NCBI GenBank assembly: GCA_026706735.1
Contig: JAPOYD010000152.1
Coordinates: forward strand, 1,587 to 65,586
Reading direction: 5' to 3'
Origin: Nitrospinota bacterium
GTDB lineage: Bacteria > UBA8248
Length of the DNA: 64,000 nt
Made by a program: the position numbers and the translations under genes. Under the pieces are notes generated by a model. It saw only the letters and a program-made list of their open reading frames with translations, searched no databases and was not told the origin of the DNA. Positions 1-10,275 of this stretch are shown in pieces (the first letter of the stretch is position 1; each line of letters opens with the position of its first letter).

Positions 1-1396
1 GGGCGGCGGAGCCGATGGCGAATCCCTTGCCGATGGCCGCCGTGGTGTTGCCCAGCGCGTCGAGACCGTCGGTTATCTTGCGCGTTTCGGGCCCCAGTTC
101 GCTCATTTCCGTGATCCCGCCCGCGTTATCGGCAATCGGGCCATACGCATCGACCGACATCGTGATGCCAATCGTCGCCAGCATTCCGACTGCGGCGATG
201 GAAATGCCGTAGAGTCCCGCCCAGCCGTTCGAAACCAGGGTAACTATCGCCAACACCAGCAAAGGAGCGCACACGCTCTCGAGACCCACGGCGAAGCCAC
301 CGATGATGTTCGTAGCCACTCCGGTTTCGGAGGCAGCGACGATTTCGCCGACGGGCTTTCCACCCGTTCCGGTGTAATGCTCGGTGAGCCAGCCGATCAG
401 AATGCCGCCAGCTGCGCCGAAGAGAACCGAGCCGAACACACCGGCGTTGAGACCCAGGGCGCTCGTGATGAAATACGCCAGGATGATGAATATGATCGTC
501 GCGATTCCGGTGGCGCTCCTGAGGGCGACAGCCGGATTTTTCGAGGCCAGCACCTTCATCGAGGCGATGCCTATGGAGGAGGCGATCAGACCCATCATGG
601 CCAGCAGAAGGGGCAGCGCCATCGCTGAGGAGCTGTTGGCGCCCAGGGCCGTGCCGATGGTCGAGCCGATGAATATCGTCGAGATGATGGCGCCGACGTA
701 GGACTCGAACAGATCGGCGCCCATTCCGGCGACGTCCCCCACGCAATCGCCCACGTTGTCGGCGATGACGGCCGGATTCCTCGGATCGTCCTCGGGAATG
801 TTCGCCTCCACCTTGCCGACGAGGTCCGCGCCCACGTCTGCGGTTTTTGTGAAAATGCCGCCGCCCACACGCGCGAACAGCGCGATGGAACTCGCACCCA
901 TCGAGAAACCGTTGATGATGGTCACGTTCGCCGCATTGCCGAGCACGTCGAAATACCAGAACAACACGCCCACGCCCAAAAGCCCCAGACTCGCGACGGA
1001 AAGACCCATAACGGTTCCGCCGAAGAACGCCATGGAAAGCGCGCCCTCCTGACCACCGCCTGAATTCGCCGCCGCCGCTGTTCTCACGTTCGCCTTCGTG
1101 GCCGCGTTCATGCCGAAAAATCCGGCGAGAACCGAACAGATGGCGCCGACGATGAAGGCGATACCCGTTTTCGCGGATATGGCGACGCTCAGAAGAACAA
1201 AGACGACCACGACGAAAATCGCGAGGATCTTGTATTCCCTTTTCAGGAACACCATTGCGCCTTCATGAATCTGGCCGGCGAGTTTCCGCATGAGGTCGTT
1301 GCCGTCGGATTGTTTGGAAATCCAATTATAAATCGCCGCCGCCAGAACCAATCCCGCAATCCCGAAGATTGCGGCCATGTTTGAGAAAGCAACCAT
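1..1396 (-). CDS. hppA: Membrane-bound proton/sodium-translocating pyrophosphatase (V-type H+-PPase), 3' part of gene in window; N-terminus at 1396, C-terminus beyond left edge
   Basis: Manual reverse-strand translation from ATG (revcomp of 1394-1396) gives [16 protein letters not shown]...[14 protein letters not shown]...ANVRTAAAA...[20 protein letters not shown], all typical H+-PPase motifs. A GGAGG RBS lies 7 nt upstream. The ORF runs off the window start so it is absent from the ORF track. Confidence 0.85.
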   Translation of the reverse strand, partial: MVAFSNMAAIFGIAGLVLAAAIYNWISKQSDGNDLMRKLAGQIHEGAMVFLKREYKILAIFVVVVFVLLSVAISAKTGIAFIVGAICSVLAGFFGMNAATKANVRTAAAANSGGGQEGALSMAFFGGTVMGLSVASLGLLGVGVLFWYFDVLGNAANVTIINGFSMGASSIALFARVGGGIFTKTADVGADLVGKVEANIPEDDPRNPAVIADNVGDCVGDVAGMGADLFESYVGAIISTIFIGSTIGTALGANSSSAMALPLLLAMMGLIASSIGIASMKVLASKNPAVALRSATGIATIIFIILAYFITSALGLNAGVFGSVLFGAAGGILIGWLTEHYTGTGGKPVGEIVAASETGVATNIIGGFAVGLESVCAPLLVLAIVTLVSNGWAGLYGISIAAVGMLATIGITMSVDAYGPIADNAGGITEMSELGPETRKITDGLDALGNTTAAIGKGFAIGSAA

Positions 1397-1478
1397 TATC
1401 TTCCTTTCCTCCTCCTCACGGGCTGTTTAGCGAGAGGTATTAAGATGGACTTTCAATTTTGCAATGAACAAGACGGAT

Positions 1479-2024
1479 TCAGGATCTGGCGCCAACAACA
1501 AAATCAAACGCTCGCCTCACCGCCTCATCAACAGCAGGCTCCACTGCTTCCAATTCATGATCGAGAAAAGTATCCAACAACCAATCCGCGCCGTTCACTC
1601 CAACCGGCGGTCTGCCCACCCCGATGCGCAGACGGCAAAAAACGTCCGTGCCCAGTGAGTGGATGATGCTGCCGATGCCATGATGGCCCGCGTCTCCACC
1701 CGATTTCTTGTACTTCACACGACCAAGTTCGATATCCATGTCGTCGTGCATCACGAGCAGATCTTCCGGCGCCAGCCCCTCACCAATCAGGAGCGCTCGA
1801 ACCGCCTTGCCACTCAAATTCATGAACGTCTGGGGCTTCGCGAGCATAAATTTCCAGCCCCTGAGCGATCCGCCGCCCAGGACAGAATGATATTTCGTAT
1901 CATTCATCGACACGCGATGGGAGCGGGCCATTCTATCCACAGCCCAGAACCCCAGATTGTGCCTCGTCAACGCATACTCTATCCCGGGGTTGCCAAGACC
2001 GACGATCAAAACAGCAGCAGCCAT
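1479..2024 (-). CDS. pth: Peptidyl-tRNA hydrolase
   Basis: 181 aa; N-terminal LIVGLGNPG...YxxTRHNLGF motif characteristic of Pth; conserved position downstream of rplY/ctc. Confidence 0.9.
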   Translation of the reverse strand: MAAAVLIVGLGNPGIEYALTRHNLGFWAVDRMARSHRVSMNDTKYHSVLGGGSLRGWKFMLAKPQTFMNLSGKAVRALLIGEGLAPEDLLVMHDDMDIELGRVKYKKSGGDAGHHGIGSIIHSLGTDVFCRLRIGVGRPPVGVNGADWLLDTFLDHELEAVEPAVDEAVRRAFDFVVGARS

Positions 2025-2066
2025 TCAAGCCCCAGTTTCATTTTCCCCGGCTCCCTGCAAGAACCA

Positions 2067-2744
2067 TCAGTCGGAAGATTCAGCCTCTTTGTCCCCCTCA
2101 TCGTCTGAAGCCTCGGCCTCCGGCGCCTCTTCTCCTTCGGCTTCGACGCCAAGCAATTCATCCTCTTCCACTTCTTCTTCCTCTTCAACCGGAACGATGA
2201 CCGTCATGACGGGATCATCGGGGTCGGCCACCAGTTCAACGCCTTCGGGAATTTGCAGATCGCGCACGTGAATCACATCGCCAATTTCCACCTCCGAAAT
2301 ATCGACCTCGATATGTTCCGGGATGGCGTTCGGTAGACAGGATATCTCCAATTCGCGCAGCAATTGAGAGATTGTTCCACCCATTTTTTCACCGGGCGAC
2401 TCACCCGACAAGGAAAGAGGCACGGCGATTTCGATTTTCTCGTCCATCCGGATTTCCAGAAAATCCGCATGGAAAATCGTGCCTTTCATCGGGTCTCGCT
2501 GAAGCTCCTTCACGATAACCGGACGATCCGAAGCGGCTTCGCCCTCGACTTTGAGCTGGAAAACAACGTTGCTGCCGGCCCTCGTACCAAGCAAGGCCTC
2601 CAGTTCCTTTGGTTTGATAGTCAAGGGCGTAGAATCTTTAATCCCGTACACGACGCCCGGTATGTTACCGGCTCTTCTCACCGCACGGGCGCCACTTTTT
2701 CCTGTTAGTGCTCTTTTATCCACCGAGAGTGATAAATTTTCCAT
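2067..2744 (-). CDS. rplY: 50S ribosomal protein L25 / general stress protein Ctc form with acidic C-terminal tail
   Basis: 225 aa; N-terminal L25/Ctc domain (KRALTGKSGARAVRRAGNIPGVVYG) followed by a Glu/Asp-rich tail; prs-ctc-pth synteny. Confidence 0.85.
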   Translation of the reverse strand: MENLSLSVDKRALTGKSGARAVRRAGNIPGVVYGIKDSTPLTIKPKELEALLGTRAGSNVVFQLKVEGEAASDRPVIVKELQRDPMKGTIFHADFLEIRMDEKIEIAVPLSLSGESPGEKMGGTISQLLRELEISCLPNAIPEHIEVDISEVEIGDVIHVRDLQIPEGVELVADPDDPVMTVIVPVEEEEEVEEDELLGVEAEGEEAPEAEASDDEGDKEAESSD

Positions 2745-2777
2745 TTTTCGCTCCAGATATTCCGTCTAGCAGAATAG

Positions 2778-3722
2778 TTATTCGAACAAACTGCTCACGG
2801 AGGCATTCTCGTGGATCCGGCGAATCGCCTCGGCCAAAAGCCTCCCCACCTCCAGGACTTGAATGCGAGAGCAGCCTTTCGCTTTATCCGAAAGAGGTAT
2901 CGAATCGCTCACGACGAATTCGACGATGCTCGATTTCTCGATTCTCTCCACCGCCGGGCCCGACAAAACAGCGTGCGTGCAGCATGCGTATACCTGCCGC
3001 GCACCGGCCGCCATGAGCGCATCGGCGCCCTGGCTTATGGTGCCCGCCGTATCGCAAAGATCATCCACGACCAGAACGTCGCATCCCTTCACGTCGCCGA
3101 TGATGTTCATCACTTCCGAGTGGTTCGCCCGCTCCCTTCGCTTGTCGATGATGCCCAGGCCCGCGTTCAGCCTTCGCGCGTAGTCCCGGGCTCTCTCCAC
3201 GCCTCCGGCGTCGGGCGAGACGACCACCAAATCCTTCAATTCTTTCTTCTTGAAATACTCTATCATGATGGGCGCCGAGTACAGATGGTCCACGGGGATA
3301 TCGAAAAACCCCTGTATCTGACCCGCATGCAAATCCATCGCGATGACCCTGTCCGCACCCGAGGCGGCCAGCAGGTTGGCGACGAGTTTCGCGGTAATCG
3401 GCACCCTGGGCTGCACCTTCCGGTCCTGACGGGCGTATGCGAAATAGGGAATCACCGCGGTGATACGCTCGGCGGATGAGCGCCGGAACGCATCGAGCAT
3501 GATGAGCATTTCCATCAGGTTCGCATTGCCGGGGGTGCACAGACTCTGCACTGCGAATACGTCCGCGCCCCGGATGTTTTCGTTTATTCGGACAAACGTT
3601 TCTCCATCGCTGAAATCGATGATTTCAACCGAGCCGGGCCGGATGTACAACGAATCAAAAATGCTCTGGTTCAGAGCCGGATTCGAGCGCCCGCCGAATA
3701 CCTTTAGCTGATGTCCGTTCAC
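2778..3722 (-). CDS. prs: Ribose-phosphate pyrophosphokinase (PRPP synthetase)
   Basis: 314 aa; LKVFGGRSNPALNQSI N-terminus, DLHAGQIQGFFDIPVD and PRPP-binding VVDDLCDTAGT motifs. Confidence 0.95.
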   Translation of the reverse strand: MNGHQLKVFGGRSNPALNQSIFDSLYIRPGSVEIIDFSDGETFVRINENIRGADVFAVQSLCTPGNANLMEMLIMLDAFRRSSAERITAVIPYFAYARQDRKVQPRVPITAKLVANLLAASGADRVIAMDLHAGQIQGFFDIPVDHLYSAPIMIEYFKKKELKDLVVVSPDAGGVERARDYARRLNAGLGIIDKRRERANHSEVMNIIGDVKGCDVLVVDDLCDTAGTISQGADALMAAGARQVYACCTHAVLSGPAVERIEKSSIVEFVVSDSIPLSDKAKGCSRIQVLEVGRLLAEAIRRIHENASVSSLFE

Positions 3723-3866
3723 CGTTCCTGCTCACATGGTGTTGTTCATTCAATCACAAAGGGCGATTTTTGATACTTGATTTTCCAGGCAGAGGCAAGT
3801 GGCGAGAGGCGAAATTTCCTCCATTTCCCATGTTTTTAGAACTTTTGCTTCATTTTTCGATTTTTT

Positions 3867-4754
3867 TTATTGAAAACACATCTCCTGCAGTGGAGTCGCG
3901 AGAAAACATTCGCATTCTTTTCCCTTTTCGCTTTTCTTGATGCGGCTTGCCGCCCGCTCGGCCTCTTCTTTTCGGCGAAAAATACCGAAAATCGTCGAAC
4001 CGCTGCCGCTCATCATCGCCCTTGCGGCGCCATGTCTAACGAGCATGCCGCACAGGCTCTCAAGTTCCGGAAATCTTGGAAAAACGATTTCTTGTAAATC
4101 ATTGCCGTATTCATACCGCCCGAGACGCGCCGGGCCGCTTTGCCCTTCGAAATTCCGTCCTTCCCGGCCCAGTTTTTGACGAGACCAGCCATAGACGTCC
4201 TGCGTGGACAAAGCCACGGGCGGCTTGACCAGCAGGAACCAGCCGCTCTTCAAGGCTTCTTTCACCTCGACCCGCTCGCCCCGCCCCCGGCACACCGCCG
4301 CCGGCCCAGCGAGAAAGAACGGAACATCCGAACCGACCCGCGCGGCCACTTCGCTGAGCTCCGCTTTGCGCATCCCGAGGCTCCAGACCCGGTTCAACGC
4401 CCAGAGCGCTCCCGCCGCGTTGCCGCTCCCCCCGCCCAGACCCCCACCCGCGGGGATGTTCTTTTTCAGATAGATGCGCGCGCCGAGCCCTTTGCGTCCC
4501 GACGCTTTTCTCAAGGCCCTCGCCGCGCGATGCACGATGTTCTCTCTGCCGCCGGGAACATCATCCCGATCCGCATAAACGAGAATCCTCCTGCCGCCCG
4601 GCTCGATTCGAACCTCATCGTACAGCGATATCTGCTGCATCCACGTGATGAGTTCGTGATAGCCGTCAGCGCGCAGACCCAGAATCCTCAGGCAAAGGTT
4701 GAGCTTCGCAGGCGTCTTCAAAACCACGGGCACGGAAACGTCTTTACCGCTCAT
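3867..4754 (-). CDS. ispE: 4-diphosphocytidyl-2-C-methyl-D-erythritol kinase
   Basis: PAKLNLCLRILGLRADGYHEL and GHMP-kinase Gly-rich loop PAGGGLGGGSGNAAG. The ORF track extends to 4778, but the internal ATG at 4754 is preceded by a GGGAGGATAA RBS and removes the overlap with the upstream gene, so it is preferred. Confidence 0.85.
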   Translation of the reverse strand: MSGKDVSVPVVLKTPAKLNLCLRILGLRADGYHELITWMQQISLYDEVRIEPGGRRILVYADRDDVPGGRENIVHRAARALRKASGRKGLGARIYLKKNIPAGGGLGGGSGNAAGALWALNRVWSLGMRKAELSEVAARVGSDVPFFLAGPAAVCRGRGERVEVKEALKSGWFLLVKPPVALSTQDVYGWSRQKLGREGRNFEGQSGPARLGRYEYGNDLQEIVFPRFPELESLCGMLVRHGAARAMMSGSGSTIFGIFRRKEEAERAASRIKKSEKGKECECFLATPLQEMCFQ

Positions 4755-4762
4755 GAAACGGG

Positions 4763-5602
4763 TTATCCTCCCAGCCACAGCGTTCTGGCGCCCCGGGGCG
4801 GCTCCAGGCGGAACAATTCGTCCGGAAGCGCCGCCTTCACCGCGCTCTCATCTGCGGGATAGGAGATGTGGAGCCGGTTCTTCCCGCCAGGCCCCAGAAT
4901 CTCCACCTGCACTGGTCGCCACACTTCCCCGGTTTTGATGAAGCCGCCATAGTGAACCGCAATCGTTCCCCGCTGCGTGCGAATTCCCATTTTCACCGGA
5001 TGCAAATCGCGTGGCTCCAATTCGGCAAAACCCGAGACCACTCCTCCAGATTCCCTCCTCGTCTCCAGCAGGTAGACGGAGCCCGGTTTCTTCAGATCAA
5101 GATTTTCCTCACCCCCCAGCACAGCGGCCCAATCTCCCAACAACAGCTTGATGACAATTTCGCTGTTCAGCGGAATTCCCAAAATCCGCTCGATCCCCCG
5201 TTTGTTCGTCCTGCCCATGTATACCGTGTTTCGAGAGGGAGAATAGGCGCGAAACGAGGCGCCTTGCGCGACGACGACGACCAGGGGCGTCCCGAACGGG
5301 GAGAGGGGTTCTATTCGCAGCGAGTCGGGTTCGCGCAACACGAGCGCCGCATGGCCGGAAAACGAACCCTGGGGAACCAGGGGGTTCGTCGACCCCGTTC
5401 CCGCCCGGTCGCCGTGAAACCGCAACTGCATGGATACGGCGCCCCGGTACGCGCGGGGAAACCGCCTTGCTTTGAGTCTGGCGACAATTTCCGCCTGCGA
5501 CGCATCGCGGGGCGGGTCCTCCCCGACTTGCCGGGCTTGAAAGAGCGCGCAACCGGCCAGGGCGCAACATAAAAATGCCAGACAAAGACGCAAAGCTCGC
5601 AA
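4763..5602 (-). CDS. Outer-membrane lipoprotein, LolB-like (DUF4292-like); apparent TTG start
   Basis: 279 aa; signal peptide with lipobox LAGC; sits immediately upstream of ispE-prs exactly as lolB does in proteobacteria (lolB-ispE-prs). The start codon in frame with the signal peptide is TTG (revcomp of 5600-5602). The family call rests on synteny plus lipoprotein signal, not on strong motif recognition. Confidence 0.5.
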   Translation of the reverse strand: MRALRLCLAFLCCALAGCALFQARQVGEDPPRDASQAEIVARLKARRFPRAYRGAVSMQLRFHGDRAGTGSTNPLVPQGSFSGHAALVLREPDSLRIEPLSPFGTPLVVVVAQGASFRAYSPSRNTVYMGRTNKRGIERILGIPLNSEIVIKLLLGDWAAVLGGEENLDLKKPGSVYLLETRRESGGVVSGFAELEPRDLHPVKMGIRTQRGTIAVHYGGFIKTGEVWRPVQVEILGPGGKNRLHISYPADESAVKAALPDELFRLEPPRGARTLWLGG

Positions 5603-5688
5603 AAATCAAAAGTCCCCGGTGAGAGAAGTCCAGAAATTCCGGGCGAGAACCAACGGGCGCAGCCAAATGCTCAAAGAATCGGAAATCC

Positions 5689-7437
5689 CTACATGAGGGG
5701 TTTTTTGTGTTTGGAGAGATGCGTTTGAATCTTTTTCTTCAATTTTTCGTTTTTCGGATCCGCCTCGGAGGCGCGTTTCCAGTGAAGAAGCGCTTTTTCG
5801 AGGTCGTGCAAGGCGAGAAATATATCGCCCAGGTGTTCGAGGATCACGGCGTCTTTCGGCATCTTCGTCGCCGCGTGCTGCACCTTCACGAGCGCTTCCT
5901 GAAAGCGGCCCTGGCGATAATAAATCCACCCGATGCTGTCGAGAAAAGCGGCGTTTTCCGGCTCAATCACCAAGGCGCGATCCAGAAGCTTCTCCGCCTC
6001 ATCGAGGTTCTTGTCGAGTTCGGAGAACATATAGCCCAGCAAGTTCAGGGCGTTGGCATGCTTCGGGTTCTTTTGAATGATCTTTCTCGCTACCGTTTCT
6101 ACGTCGTCCCAGTGCTTCAACTCATAAAACACCGAGGCGAGAGAATATAAATAACCCTCCCGTTCGGGCTCCAGTTTCACCGCTCTTTGAACATAGGGCA
6201 GAGCTTCGGTGAATTTCTTTTGCCTGGACAGGAGCAAACCGTGCGTATAATGCACCCGTCCTTCCTCGGGATGGAGTTTTTCGGCTTTCTTCAAAATCTC
6301 GCTCGCCTTCTTCCACTTTTTCTGGTCGATGTACAACCAGGCGAGCTGGATGTGTCCGTCCAGCGATTTGGGCAAAAGCGCCAATAATTCAAGAAGCTCC
6401 TCCTCGGCGCGCTCATATTGCTTCAGTTCTTCATAGATCCTCGCAACATACTTGCGGACCATTTCGTCTTTCGGATTCCTCGCCAGGACGAATCGAAATT
6501 CCTGAAGCGCTTCCTGGTACTCTCTTTGATCAAAGTTCAAAAAGCCGAGGGTTCGGTGCACATTCACGTTATCGGGCTCCTTCGAGCCGAGCACTTTGAA
6601 CTCCTCCAGAGCCTGCTTCATATTCTTCTTTCGGATATAGAGCTGCCCCAGGCGAGAGCGAATGAGCCGGTTGTCGGGTTCGATTTTTTGCGCTTTTTTG
6701 TAGGTCGCTTCCGCCTCGTCGAATTTTTCCTGAACTTCATAGATTCTGGCGAGAAGAAGCATTCCCCGCGTGAATCCAGGCTGTTTCTCCAGGAGTTTGA
6801 ATACTTCCCTCTCCGCCTCGGCGTATTTTTTCAAGCCCGCATAGGCCTGCGCCAGATGATACCTGCCGAGTACGGGCCTTTTCCCCGACTTGACCAGGAC
6901 CTCCAGCGTCTCGGCGGCTTCGGCAAACTTGCCCAAATCCAGGTAGACGCTGCCCAGGAGCAGGCGAGTTTCCTGGTGATCGGGGCTCATTTTCAGCAAC
7001 TCGGTATATGTGGCGACGGCCTCGGCCAGCTTCGTGCTCGAAGCGTATATGCCCCCCAGAACGAAGTGGGCCTCGAGGTTCTTCTCATTCTGCGTCGTCG
7101 CCTTGAGGGCGAATTTTTCGGCCTCGGCCAGCTTCCCCTGGCGGACGAGAAGCGATGCAAGGCGAGTCGACAAAAAAGAGGAGTCCGGGTTGTTCTTGAC
7201 CGCTTGAAAATAAGACGATTCCGCTTCTTTGAGGTTTCCGGCCAATTCTTCGCGATACCCGGCGATGAAGTGAAAATAGGACTTTGACGTTTCCCTGATT
7301 TTGCCTGAAAGCGGGCGCAGCTTGACCACGAGCGCAGGCGCGGCGGGCTTCACCTCGGGTTCTAGCGGCGCGCATCCCGCCAGGATCAGGATAAGGGGCA
7401 AAATCATCTTGCCGTGGAATTTCGACATCAAATGCAA
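5689..7437 (-). CDS. Tetratricopeptide-repeat (TPR) lipoprotein
   Basis: 582 aa; N-terminal signal with lipobox ILAGC; body is a long run of 34-residue TPR-like repeats (recurring AxxxYxxALxxxPxxxxA patterns). Confidence 0.7.
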   Translation of the reverse strand: MHLMSKFHGKMILPLILILAGCAPLEPEVKPAAPALVVKLRPLSGKIRETSKSYFHFIAGYREELAGNLKEAESSYFQAVKNNPDSSFLSTRLASLLVRQGKLAEAEKFALKATTQNEKNLEAHFVLGGIYASSTKLAEAVATYTELLKMSPDHQETRLLLGSVYLDLGKFAEAAETLEVLVKSGKRPVLGRYHLAQAYAGLKKYAEAEREVFKLLEKQPGFTRGMLLLARIYEVQEKFDEAEATYKKAQKIEPDNRLIRSRLGQLYIRKKNMKQALEEFKVLGSKEPDNVNVHRTLGFLNFDQREYQEALQEFRFVLARNPKDEMVRKYVARIYEELKQYERAEEELLELLALLPKSLDGHIQLAWLYIDQKKWKKASEILKKAEKLHPEEGRVHYTHGLLLSRQKKFTEALPYVQRAVKLEPEREGYLYSLASVFYELKHWDDVETVARKIIQKNPKHANALNLLGYMFSELDKNLDEAEKLLDRALVIEPENAAFLDSIGWIYYRQGRFQEALVKVQHAATKMPKDAVILEHLGDIFLALHDLEKALLHWKRASEADPKNEKLKKKIQTHLSKHKKPLM

Positions 7438-7467
7438 CCTCTCCAGCGGACTTTCAGTCAGATACTA

Positions 7468-8022
7468 TCATAATCGGGCGTTTCCGTGCGTCCGAATATG
7501 GCGAATGAGTTTTTCCGCCGCTCGGCGCAATTGCTGATCCCCCACATCGGTGATGGCGTCTTCTATGGCTGCGTTATCGTCCGGGGAAATCGGGGTCGCT
7601 ACCCGGGAAGACGACGCCGATTCACCATCCTCGCCATCATAGTCGAACGCAATTCCCGAGTTCGACAACTTGAAGCGAATCTCGTCGATGCGGGAATCCT
7701 CCATGTGCTCATTGATTCTCGCGAGCAAATCCTGCTTCCTGAACTCGAGTTCATGCAGCCAACTCGAATCCGCGACTTCCACATACAGACAATCGTTCTT
7801 GACAAATACCGGCCTCGCCGCCCGGGAGATGCCCTCACCCACGGCCCTCGGCCAGATGCGGAACACGAAATTTCTGGCCAGCCGCCTGCCCCACGGCTCT
7901 TTCCGGCGCACCTCTTTCAGAATGGAGGCAAACCTCCTGGGCCTCGAGAAGGGAGGCCTGCTCACCTTAAACCCCCTTTTTCTCGAGATTCTCGGCGATG
8001 CCCCCGTTTTGGAGTTCGGCAA
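7468..8022 (-). CDS. DUF721-family protein (DciA-like); 5' end probably shorter than the ORF
   Basis: Core FVFRIWPRAVGEGISRAARPVFVKNDCLYVEVADSSWLHELEFRKQDLLARIN matches the DUF721 signature (WxxxVG...L.V.V.SS.W..EL...K..LL..LN). The ORF overlaps the plsC 3' end by 56 nt, and an in-frame GTG at about 7965 would remove the overlap. Confidence 0.5.
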   Translation of the reverse strand: MPNSKTGASPRISRKRGFKVSRPPFSRPRRFASILKEVRRKEPWGRRLARNFVFRIWPRAVGEGISRAARPVFVKNDCLYVEVADSSWLHELEFRKQDLLARINEHMEDSRIDEIRFKLSNSGIAFDYDGEDGESASSSRVATPISPDDNAAIEDAITDVGDQQLRRAAEKLIRHIRTHGNARL

Positions 8023-8656
8023 TCGCCATCATGACGCGATCGATGATCTTCTGGCTCGCCTCTTTCGTGCTGTCGATGGAATACTCATCGTCTAAATCCA
8101 TCGGCGCGCCGAATCGCAACTCGACTCTCGTCCCCGGGCGGGGTATGGTCTTGCCCACAGGAATCACCCGGTCCGTCCCTTTTATGGAAACGGGGACGAC
8201 TGTGGGGGTGGTGTTCCTCACGATTCGGCCCACCATGCGGTTCCCCCGCATAAGCCTCCCATCGCGGCTCCTCGTACCCTCCGGGTAGAGGATGACTTTC
8301 CCCTCTTTGATATATTCCTCAATCATGCGGATGGACTTTCTGTCCGCCCCGCCCCGCTTGATGGGGAACCCCCGCCATTTGCGCAAAATCCAGCCAACGA
8401 CGGGGAGATCAAAAAGCTCTTCTTTTCCCGCCTGGCGAAGCAGTTCCTCGGGATATTTCAGGTAGATGGCCCACGGGATCACCAGGACGTCGAGCGCGGA
8501 AATATGATTGCTCAAAAAGAGGATGTTCCCGCCCGGCGGGATGTTTTCCATTCCGCTGATTTTCATTTTAGTGAACAGACGCACCAACAGACCCACGAAG
8601 CCGCGCCCCAGCCTGATCATCACTCGCTCGCTCAATGGACCTGTGCCTGTGATCAA
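7967..8656 (-). CDS. plsC: 1-acyl-sn-glycerol-3-phosphate acyltransferase
   Basis: 229 aa; acyltransferase motifs NHISALD (HxxxxD) and YPEGTRS. Confidence 0.8.
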   Translation of the reverse strand: MITGTGPLSERVMIRLGRGFVGLLVRLFTKMKISGMENIPPGGNILFLSNHISALDVLVIPWAIYLKYPEELLRQAGKEELFDLPVVGWILRKWRGFPIKRGGADRKSIRMIEEYIKEGKVILYPEGTRSRDGRLMRGNRMVGRIVRNTTPTVVPVSIKGTDRVIPVGKTIPRPGTRVELRFGAPMDLDDEYSIDSTKEASQKIIDRVMMAIAELQNGGIAENLEKKGV

Positions 8657-8865
8657 CTCGAAAATCTCCCCTCATACAGGGATGAAAAATCACTGAATTT
8701 CATGGTTTTCAATAACCGAGCCACCCAGAAGGCGCAGGCCGCAACGGTCCGTAAACGGACGGAAGCGCATTATACCCCCTCACGACGGAGAAGAACAAAG
8801 GGCGGGAATGAAAATGAGGTTGCCCGGCGAAGAAGGGGGTGCAATAATTCGCCCGCTTTTGGGAA

Positions 8866-10275
8866 ATGCGCACCCGCCCGGAAGGGGAGTTTTTCGTGCC
8901 CGGCATCAACCCGCTGATCTTCAGGGAATACGACATTCGCGGCGTTGTGGAGAAAGACCTCACCACCGAGGTCGTCGAAACCATCGGCGGCGCTCTCGGC
9001 ACGTACCTGGGCGGCGCGCAGGGGGCCGCCATCGCCGTCGGGCGCGACAACCGCTTCTCCTCCCCCGATTTCTACGATGCGCTCCAAAAAGGCCTGACCG
9101 CCTCGGGCTGCCGCGTCATCGGGGTCGGCATGGTGCCCACCCCGGTCGTTTCCTTCGCGACGCACCACCTCGACGTGGCGGGAGCCGTACAGATCACGGG
9201 ATCGCACAACCCGCCTGAATTCAACGGCTTCAAGATCACCCGGGGGCGCGAGGCGATTCACGGCCCAGAAATCCAGGAGATAAGGAGAATCATCGAGGAG
9301 GGCCGGATCCACCGGGCCGAGGCGCGGGGCGCGTTCGAGGAGGTCGACATCAGGCACAGGTACATCGAGCGGGCGTCCAAGGACCTGGCGCTCTCGCGGC
9401 CCTTCAAGGTGGTCGTCGATGCGGGAAACGGGGTAGGCGGCACGGTGGCGCCACAGGTCTTAAGAAAAATCGGCGCCGAGGTGGTGGAGCTCTTCACCGA
9501 GCCCGACGCCTCCTATCCGAATCACCACCCCGACCCTACGGTGCCGGAAAACCTCGAATCCCTGATTGCGAAGGTCCGCGAAACGGGCGCAGAGGCGGGA
9601 ATCGGCCTGGACGGCGACGGCGATCGCATCGGCGCGGTGGACGCCACGGGCAGAATCATCTGGGGCGACGAACTGCTCATGTTGCTTTCCGCGCCCATTC
9701 TGGCGCGCAGCCCGGGAGAGGCCATCGTATTCGACGTGAAGTGTTCATCGCGCCTGGCCGACGCTGTGAAGGAGATGGGCGGACGTCCCGTGATGAGCGC
9801 GACGGGGCACTCGCTCGTGCGCGCCAAGATCCTGGAGGAAAAGGCTCCCCTGGGCGGCGAACTCTCCGGCCACATCTTCTTCGTGGACGGCTATCTGGGC
9901 TATGACGACGCCATCTACACGGCAGCCAGGCTCCTGCATCTCCTTTGCGACTCAGGCGAAACGCTCGCCGAGCGGGTCTCGAAAATCCCCACGTCGGTCT
10001 CCACGCCCGAGATCCGGGTCGCATGCCCGGATGAGGAGAAATTCCAGATCGTCGACAACTTAAAGAAACACTTTAAGAGTATCTATGAAACCATTGAAGT
10101 AGACGGCGCAAGAATCAATTTCGATAACGGCTGGGGCCTCATCCGCGCCTCGAACACCCAGCCCGTGCTCGTCATGCGCTTCGAGGCGCTCGATGAACCC
10201 TCCCTTCAGGCGTACCAGAGCGAAGTATACGAAGAGATAAAAAAATACCCCGCCGTCTCCCTGCCGGATGCGTAG
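8866..10275 (+). CDS. Phosphomannomutase / phosphoglucomutase (alpha-D-phosphohexomutase family)
   Basis: 469 aa; IFREYDIRG N-terminal motif, active-site GSHNPPEFNGFK (phosphoserine loop), GLDGDGDR metal-binding loop, and sugar-binding and phosphate-binding regions. An alternative GTG start at about 8896 has a GGGGAG RBS. Confidence 0.85.
   Translation: MRTRPEGEFFVPGINPLIFREYDIRGVVEKDLTTEVVETIGGALGTYLGGAQGAAIAVGRDNRFSSPDFYDALQKGLTASGCRVIGVGMVPTPVVSFATHHLDVAGAVQITGSHNPPEFNGFKITRGREAIHGPEIQEIRRIIEEGRIHRAEARGAFEEVDIRHRYIERASKDLALSRPFKVVVDAGNGVGGTVAPQVLRKIGAEVVELFTEPDASYPNHHPDPTVPENLESLIAKVRETGAEAGIGLDGDGDRIGAVDATGRIIWGDELLMLLSAPILARSPGEAIVFDVKCSSRLADAVKEMGGRPVMSATGHSLVRAKILEEKAPLGGELSGHIFFVDGYLGYDDAIYTAARLLHLLCDSGETLAERVSKIPTSVSTPEIRVACPDEEKFQIVDNLKKHFKSIYETIEVDGARINFDNGWGLIRASNTQPVLVMRFEALDEPSLQAYQSEVYEEIKKYPAVSLPDA

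Noticed and set aside
126-1052. Several 60-200-aa ORFs on both strands at the window start
   Set aside because: All lie inside the hppA coding region, whose manual translation matches H+-pyrophosphatase motifs continuously.
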